Below are positions 58,040 to 64,000 of a DNA stretch of 64,000 nucleotides, in pieces; position 1 is the stretch's first letter, and the number at the start of each line of letters is the position of its first letter. Made by a program: the position numbers and the translations under genes. The stretch comes from Patescibacteria group bacterium (GTDB lineage Bacteria > Patescibacteriota > Kazan-3B-28 > UBA10110), in the NCBI GenBank assembly GCA_016936175.1, contig JAFGPN010000015.1, forward strand, positions 16,636-80,635, in the 5' to 3' direction. Below the pieces are notes generated by a model. The model saw nothing but the letters and a program-made list of their open reading frames with translations, ran no database searches and was not told the origin of the DNA.

Positions 58040-58747
58040 TTAGGAGGTCTTCTCATCCTTGTGGTTGTCCTGGAAACCCTTGGTTGAGCCAAGACCGCCG
58101 GTCCCGCGAGTTGTCTGCCTCAGGTCGGTGTAATCGGCAACCGAGATAAACCGAGGTAATACCGCCCATTGAAAGAGAACCTGGGCAATCCTCATATCAC
58201 GGTAGATGGTCACCCAATCGTTGCCGTTGTTAACGATAACGACACAGGCCTCGCCCCTGTAGTCGCTATCGACTGTACCCGGTGCGTTCTGCAGGGTTAT
58301 CCCAAGTCTGGATGCCAGTCCGCTTCTGGGGGACACCCAGTACATTAGCTGGATTATCATGGCCGTAACGAAGCCGATTCCGCCAGTGATACGCCCTCCC
58401 GGCTTGAGCATAAACACCCATTCTTTGTGGCCCCTATCTTCAACCTCAATAAACTTAAACTTGCCCTGCTGTTCCAACTCTGTTCGGACATCAGCAGATA
58501 GCTGGCTGGGATCGGTCAAAAAATCGAACATGGTGAGGCGCAGCATCTGGCGAGGTTCCGACTCCATCTTTCTTGGGGATACCAGGGCTCGGAGCGATAC
58601 GTCGTATCCGATTGCGCCCTTGGTTTTGCGCTCTGGCATTTTGCCGCCCGGTAAGACATGAATCCAGACCGGAGGATGGAAGTAGATGACGATACCTGCC
58701 ACCACAAGCAGATTCATCAACAACAAGATTAGATCAAACCAACTCAT
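58040..58747 (-). CDS. dut: dUTPase with an N-terminal transmembrane anchor
   Basis: dUTPase motifs (GYDVSLRA, RSGLASRLGI, VDSDYRGE, RIAQV, GGLGSTKG) after a TM helix. The aggaga ribosome-binding site precedes ATG 58747. Confidence 0.7.
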   Translation of the reverse strand: MSWFDLILLLMNLLVVAGIVIYFHPPVWIHVLPGGKMPERKTKGAIGYDVSLRALVSPRKMESEPRQMLRLTMFDFLTDPSQLSADVRTELEQQGKFKFIEVEDRGHKEWVFMLKPGGRITGGIGFVTAMIIQLMYWVSPRSGLASRLGITLQNAPGTVDSDYRGEACVVIVNNGNDWVTIYRDMRIAQVLFQWAVLPRFISVADYTDLRQTTRGTGGLGSTKGFQDNHKDEKTS

Positions 58748-58885
58748 GGCGCTGGTCTCCTTTCTATACAGTTTCCTAGTTATCAACCCCCACAAGCAAG
58801 GCTGACTTTGTATATTACCACATACCAAAAACCCGAGCCTTGGGGGGCTCGGGTTTCTTGTTAATTGAACTTAGTCAACTAAGAA

Positions 58886-59197
58886 TTATCGGCGATCGTA
58901 TCCACCACGTCCACCACCGCCACCACCAAAGGAGGGGCGATCGACTTTAGGACGAGCAACGTTCACCGAGATAGTACGACCGTCGAGCTCTTTGCCATTG
59001 AGTTCATCAATCGCCTTCTGAGCCTCTTCTTCGGTAGCCATCTCGACGAAACCAAAGCCCTTGGAACGACCGGACATGCGATCGATGATCACAGTCGCGG
59101 ATTCCACGGTACCAGCGCCAGCAAAAAGCTCGCGGAGGTTATCGTCCGTAGTAGCATAGTTCAATCCACCGACAAACAATTTCTTGTTGTTATCCAT
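58886..59197 (-). CDS. RRM-type RNA-binding protein with a Gly-rich tail
   Basis: RNP-2 KLFVGGL and RNP-1 KGFGFVEM. Confidence 0.8.
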   Translation of the reverse strand: MDNNKKLFVGGLNYATTDDNLRELFAGAGTVESATVIIDRMSGRSKGFGFVEMATEEEAQKAIDELNGKELDGRTISVNVARPKVDRPSFGGGGGGRGGYDRR

Positions 59198-59331
59198 GTG
59201 AGATCTAAACCTTACTTACTTAATATACGTAGGGCGGTCCGCATCTCACACGGCCGAACGTTATACACTTTCTAACCTGTTGAGATTACCTACTCCAGAG
59301 ACATTATACAGGCAACCCCTAAAAAGTCAAG

Positions 59332-59793
59332 CTAGGCCCGATTTTGCTTCAGATATTCCAGGACTTTGGCTAACACATGCCTGGCCGCCGGAAAAGTGAT
59401 GAGTTTACGAGCCTGCTGGGCTGTTACCCACCGATAATCCTTTAGCTCTGATTTTAATATTTGGACTGACGGCTCCCCTACCCAGCCTAGAAAATATTTA
59501 ACAGTTTTATTAATAATCTCTCCCTCCAGACCAGAGGCCTCTCCGGGCCGGTGGCCCCGGTCGCGACCCTTAAATTGATAGCTTTCACTTGCTTGCCAAT
59601 CTGGCACTAGCTCAACGGCCGTGATGCCAGTTTCTTCGCGCAGTTCTCTTAAGGCCGATTCAACCTCTGTCTCACCAGCTTCTGGGTGGCCTTTTGGAAA
59701 AGACCAGTGCCCCACATTGTGACGTACTAGTAAAAACTTTATTTCTTTACCATCCCGATAAATAGGTACTACCCCAAACGAGCGCTGTTCCAT
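59332..59793 (-). CDS. NUDIX hydrolase
   Basis: Nudix box GHPEAGETEVESALRELREETGI. Confidence 0.75.
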   Translation of the reverse strand: MEQRSFGVVPIYRDGKEIKFLLVRHNVGHWSFPKGHPEAGETEVESALRELREETGITAVELVPDWQASESYQFKGRDRGHRPGEASGLEGEIINKTVKYFLGWVGEPSVQILKSELKDYRWVTAQQARKLITFPAARHVLAKVLEYLKQNRA

Positions 59794-59819
59794 AAACCCA
59801 TTTTCTCACAACAATGGGA

Positions 59820-60704
59820 TTACTTGCGGTATTGGACCAATCTTTCGCGAAGTATCAGGATAAACCGTTCGTCCATAATGTAGCCCATCGCGGCCAGAAT
59901 CAGGATGGCCCAGAGCGGCCAAACTACGCTGGTAGCAGTACCACCGGTTGATGGCGGGATAAGAATTTGAGCGGTTTCGATGGCCGGTGGTTCCGGTAGC
60001 CCTAAGTCCGCCCCGGTCGATAAATCGTTAATTACAGAGATAAGCGGCTTGGATTGAGCCGGGGTATCTACCGACGTGGATTCAAATGCACCGGCCACCT
60101 TTTCAACCACCGACGTAGCCACCGAAGTTATCTGACTAATTTCTTTTACTGTTTGGGTGGCCTCGACACCAAAATGTTGAACAATAAACAAAGTCTCTCG
60201 ATTTTCGTACCAACCCAGAGCCATACCAACACCGATATCGGTAAACTTAATCTCGGTTAAATTCTTGTAGTGAGTGGGGCTAGCAATCCAAGCGTTCATT
60301 AATCGATTGATATCGTTGTATCCTTTGGCGATATTTTCGCCGGCCAGTGAATAAACATAGCTTTGGGGACTAATCCAATAGCCCATCCGATTACCGTTGG
60401 CATCGGCGTGCGCAAAGTATCCCTTGGTAGCCATGTCGGCAGCTTTGGCGGCGGCTGAGCGCATCAAGCGACCGTCTGTGTTAAGAGCTGGCAAGCCAAT
60501 TTCGGCTCGCACCTGGTTAGTCCGACCAATAATGGTGGCTTCTTGTCCAATCAGATCGTTAGCAAACGCCGGCGCAGCTCCGCCGATTAAGGCAATCGAG
60601 AAAAAGTACGCCAAAACAACGACCTTGACCGTTGTCCGCGCTATTCCCCACCCGTCATTCCCGCGCAGGCGGGAATCTATTTTTACTTTGTTTTTGTTTT
60701 TCAC
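59820..60704 (-). CDS. CAP/SCP/PR-1-like domain secreted protein
   Basis: GYFAHAD and GENIAKGY motifs. The N-terminal extension of the track ORF reads through a repeat element, so the true start is probably near the hydrophobic segment around 60610. Confidence 0.5.
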   Translation of the reverse strand: MKNKNKVKIDSRLRGNDGWGIARTTVKVVVLAYFFSIALIGGAAPAFANDLIGQEATIIGRTNQVRAEIGLPALNTDGRLMRSAAAKAADMATKGYFAHADANGNRMGYWISPQSYVYSLAGENIAKGYNDINRLMNAWIASPTHYKNLTEIKFTDIGVGMALGWYENRETLFIVQHFGVEATQTVKEISQITSVATSVVEKVAGAFESTSVDTPAQSKPLISVINDLSTGADLGLPEPPAIETAQILIPPSTGGTATSVVWPLWAILILAAMGYIMDERFILILRERLVQYRK

Positions 60705-60832
60705 TTTTTACCGCTTGCAGGTTAGTTTTTACCTGTTTTTTTATTATAACATACTTATATCTTTTTGTCAATAATAACCAAGACCCCCGATTGCTCGGGG
60801 GCCTTAGATATTTTAGTTTGTGTTAAACGATT

Positions 60833-63800
60833 TTATTCTTCGAACTCACTTTGCTTGCGACGGTAAGTGAATGAGGTGGCCAGTAAACTAACTAAGGCCG
60901 CCAAGCTCATCACGATAAAGGTCGGGGTACCAGCGGCTGGTAGTTGTTCTCCACCGACCGCTTCGTTAACCGGCTCATTGAGCGCTAATGCCGGATTAGT
61001 CTGTTGTTCACCACCAACCTCTTCGTTACTGCCAGTAGGAGGAGTGTAGTATCCCCCACCGCCACCTCCGCCGCCGCCAGTGGGGCCGCCGGGTTCACCC
61101 TGAGTTTCTGGCCCACCGGGTTGCCAGTTACCAAAGTCGATATCCACCCAATCCCATTCACCTTCGCCGTCACCGACGGGTAGGCTGTAAGCCACAGGCG
61201 CGCCGGTTATATCGTGCGGGAAGGTTTGACTCCAGGTGCTTTGTGGTACTTCGCGGACAACATAGGTATCGGCGGGCAGTCCAGCGAAATTATAGGAACC
61301 GTCTCCTTCTGTTTCGTAGAATGGCTCTTGAACATCTAAGTCGCCGTCGTTATTCAAGTCCAGGTAAATCGTCCAGCCGGATAGGCCTCCGTCTTCGCTA
61401 TCTTTTTCGCCATTGCCGTTGTGATCGTGGAATTTGATACCGGCGATAGAACCGGTTGGTTCGGGCTCATCTTCCTCTTCGATTGAGCGGTTACCAAAGT
61501 CTAACCCATCGGTCAAACCGTCGGCCGAAGCTTCGTGATAACCTTCGGGCATCGGGTAGGTTTGCACCCAACCATCTTGGGTTTCTTCTGCCACCACTAC
61601 GTCACCGGTAATTTCGGCAGGAATCTCTAACTCGTAGTTGCCATCGGAGTCGGTAATGGCAGTATCTATTACATTGTAGATCTTAACGTTTAACGAGCCA
61701 GAGTTGTTGTAGGCATAGATGTCGTGAATGTGGAATTCGTAGGTCATTCCATCGCCCACCAATGTGTGCCAATAGACGTGGCTCGGGTTGTAAGAACCCC
61801 AAAGACTAAAGTTGTTGCGAATCCAGAGATCGAGCAACTTAACGCCATATCCGCCGTAACCGTGTACATCGTCAGTCCAGGCATCTGGGTCCGGGGCAAA
61901 CGACCGCTTAGAATATTGAGCATCAGCGGTAATGCCGTCACCTGCTTCGAATGTGCCTTCTGCGCGAATAATATACTTTTGTCCGCTCTCTAAAACCTTA
62001 TTAGTAAAGAACGAAGCGCCGTCTTCGGCATCGTTTTGAGCCTCTACATCCAACTCGTCATACAGTTGCCCGGCGTAGATGGTCCAGCCTGCGAGGCCTT
62101 CATCACCTTCGTCTTTGTCGCCCATACCGTCGTGGTCGTTAAACTTCATGCCAGTAATTGTGCCCGGAATGTCTTCGCCGTGGTTACCAAAATCTAGACC
62201 GGTCAATTCGCTTTGACCAATAACAACATCGTAGTAGACGGTTTGCGGGAAGGTTTGTGTCCAAGTGCGCTGGGGAATCTCAAACACTAATACGTGCCCA
62301 ACATCTATAGGGATAGTAAGCTCGTAGTCACCATTAACATCGGTGGTACCCACGTCTACCACGCGGTAGATCGTTACAGTTAGCTCACCGTTGTTATCGC
62401 CATACCAGCCAGGGTTTTTGATTGGAGGATTACCATCAAAGACAGAGAAATTAATGGGACCATCCTCGGCTAACTCGTAGTTGAGATAGTAGATATGTTC
62501 TCCGCTATATGGGCCCCAATCGACAAACGCATCATCAACCATTAGATCAGCTTGATCTGCGCCTAAATCATTTCCGTCCGTGTGAGTATTCCATCCATCA
62601 CTGGTGAAGTACTCGGCATCGCGAAGATTACCATCCCCGGGCTTATTAATGTTGTTATCCCACTGTCCCTCAACAATTAGCAAGTAATCGTCATCCGGTA
62701 ACACATCGGAATCAGCACCAGTCATCTCGTCTGAAGGCACGATAACAACATCCACTGGTTCGGGATCAACCGCTTTAATAACCCAACCTTCGAGTCCTTC
62801 GTCACCTTCGTCTTTATCGCCCATACCATCGTGGTCGTTAAATTTCATGCCGGTGATAGTAGTTTCAGAGGAAACGTTAAATGCGACTGCGTAGTAAGTT
62901 TGGCCCACTTCAATTCCTTCGATCCGATCGTAGTTATCGTAGTTAAGTACATCGGTAGTGGCATAAACCTCAGCCGAGAACTCGTCATCTGCGGTCGGGA
63001 CATTTGAGCCGTTAGAGAGCCAACCACTAAACGGGATATATCCTTCTTGCGGTATCTCACGGAACCAAAGATAGTTGCTGTTACCGATATCTCCAGCTGT
63101 GAGGGTAATAGTTGTTTCCCCGTTTGCATCGGTGGCTGGAAGGGTGTGCCAACTACCAGCTTCGCCAGTATTGTCGCCGGGGTTTGAGGTGCCTTCTGGC
63201 GCCCACTGGAACTGCCAATCCGGGACTAACCTACAACCCTGATGGCTATCAACAAAATCTTGGGCAGTATTTCCATCGATGCCGCCCGCCGGATAACCTT
63301 CTCCATCACCATCGCCCCAGTTGGGGAGAAGATCTTCGGAATCACAGACGATCTTACTGGCAATAATGGTTACCTTTGGCTCTTCTGGCACCGGACAGGC
63401 GGCGTTGTACGGCAGAACTTGTAATCCTTGGTCTTCGAAGGCAAAACTCATCCACGACTGGACGGTGTGCCGTTCGGCAAAGAAGACATCGACGATGTGA
63501 GTGCCGACGGTCAGATGCATAGAGCCATCATTCTCAGTTGGCTGATGAATGCCCGAATTATCTTTTACTAATCCGCCGTTGAGATAAACCCAAGCATCGT
63601 CATCTGATTTCAGAGTAAAGTCGTAATCCCCTTCTGTGCTAATGGTGACTTTGCCGCTCCAGTGAATACCGAAGTGGTAATTGTGACCCGATCCCACAGG
63701 ATCCGTGCCCAACCCGTCTAACGGGAAGAAGTTATCTCCAAAATTAAGATCGGGGTCAACTTGGGATTGGACAAGATATTGGGAATCGTACCAATCGGTA

Positions 63801-64000
63801 TCCCAAGTGCCACTCAATGGATCACCATGGCTGTCGTCCGGCCATTCATTCTGAGGCAGATTCATATCCAGATGAGTAGCGTCGTAGTTGTAGTACTGAC
63901 CAAACCAGCCAGTTTGGTCACCGAAGTCACACTCATCTTCTTCCTCTTCTAAAACATTAAATCCAACGGCGTAGTAGGTATGGCCCGGTTGGATTCCATC
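60833..64000 (-). CDS. very large cell-surface protein (N-terminus beyond the window): PA14-like domain, repeated SdrD-B-like domains, C-terminal LPAAG sortase-type sorting signal
   Basis: The frame stays open to the window edge. GDYDFTLKSDDDAWVYLNGGLV is PA14-like. FNDHDGMGDKDEGDEGL.GW and FHDHNGNGEKDSEDGGLSGWTIYL are SdrD-B-like. The C-terminus is LPAAGTP + TFIVMSLAALVSLLATSF + YRRKQ. Confidence 0.75.
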   Translation of the reverse strand, partial: DGIQPGHTYYAVGFNVLEEEEDECDFGDQTGWFGQYYNYDATHLDMNLPQNEWPDDSHGDPLSGTWDTDWYDSQYLVQSQVDPDLNFGDNFFPLDGLGTDPVGSGHNYHFGIHWSGKVTISTEGDYDFTLKSDDDAWVYLNGGLVKDNSGIHQPTENDGSMHLTVGTHIVDVFFAERHTVQSWMSFAFEDQGLQVLPYNAACPVPEEPKVTIIASKIVCDSEDLLPNWGDGDGEGYPAGGIDGNTAQDFVDSHQGCRLVPDWQFQWAPEGTSNPGDNTGEAGSWHTLPATDANGETTITLTAGDIGNSNYLWFREIPQEGYIPFSGWLSNGSNVPTADDEFSAEVYATTDVLNYDNYDRIEGIEVGQTYYAVAFNVSSETTITGMKFNDHDGMGDKDEGDEGLEGWVIKAVDPEPVDVVIVPSDEMTGADSDVLPDDDYLLIVEGQWDNNINKPGDGNLRDAEYFTSDGWNTHTDGNDLGADQADLMVDDAFVDWGPYSGEHIYYLNYELAEDGPINFSVFDGNPPIKNPGWYGDNNGELTVTIYRVVDVGTTDVNGDYELTIPIDVGHVLVFEIPQRTWTQTFPQTVYYDVVIGQSELTGLDFGNHGEDIPGTITGMKFNDHDGMGDKDEGDEGLAGWTIYAGQLYDELDVEAQNDAEDGASFFTNKVLESGQKYIIRAEGTFEAGDGITADAQYSKRSFAPDPDAWTDDVHGYGGYGVKLLDLWIRNNFSLWGSYNPSHVYWHTLVGDGMTYEFHIHDIYAYNNSGSLNVKIYNVIDTAITDSDGNYELEIPAEITGDVVVAEETQDGWVQTYPMPEGYHEASADGLTDGLDFGNRSIEEEDEPEPTGSIAGIKFHDHNGNGEKDSEDGGLSGWTIYLDLNNDGDLDVQEPFYETEGDGSYNFAGLPADTYVVREVPQSTWSQTFPHDITGAPVAYSLPVGDGEGEWDWVDIDFGNWQPGGPETQGEPGGPTGGGGGGGGGYYTPPTGSNEEVGGEQQTNPALALNEPVNEAVGGEQLPAAGTPTFIVMSLAALVSLLATSFTYRRKQSEFEE

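Overview
This 64 kb window looks like a fragment of a small-genome bacterium, Candidate Phyla Radiation (Patescibacteria)-like. The clues are archaeal-type PurO, a bifunctional PGI/PMI, a short AspRS alongside GatCAB, many hypothetical small membrane proteins, sortase-type surface proteins and no nucleotide de novo pathways. Its 5' end (about 1 to 2800) carries a complete diversity-generating retroelement (DGR): a 5'-partial target gene with a C-terminal variable repeat (VR), a 120 bp template repeat (TR) that differs from VR only at TR adenines, an inverted accessory gene (avd) and a DGR-type reverse transcriptase (RT) translationally coupled to uvrC. A 9-G homopolymer sits where the divergent avd and RT starts overlap; one fewer G gives both genes canonical ATG starts, which suggests a phase-variable switch or a homopolymer error. 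The rest of the window is housekeeping: uvrC, ligA, purA, gatCAB, mfd, pth, pepA, der, aspS, pgi/pmi, nfo, pepT, hisS, hutH, pyrE-like, purF, dut, purC, rluB, tRNA-Glu and tRNA-His. It also holds two paralogous DUF87/TraD-VirD4-like membrane ATPases, a sigma-70 region-4 plus HARE-HTH protein, a GC-rich islet with a secreted M23 peptidase, and a very large PA14/SdrD-B surface protein with an LPAAG-type sorting signal. Several families of short hairpin repeats are dispersed through the window, and some copies sit in-frame inside coding sequences (uvrC three times, the RT, and the tail of one ATPase). purF carries an in-frame TAG and a small ORF carries an in-frame TGA. No CRISPR array, rRNA or obvious transposase was seen.
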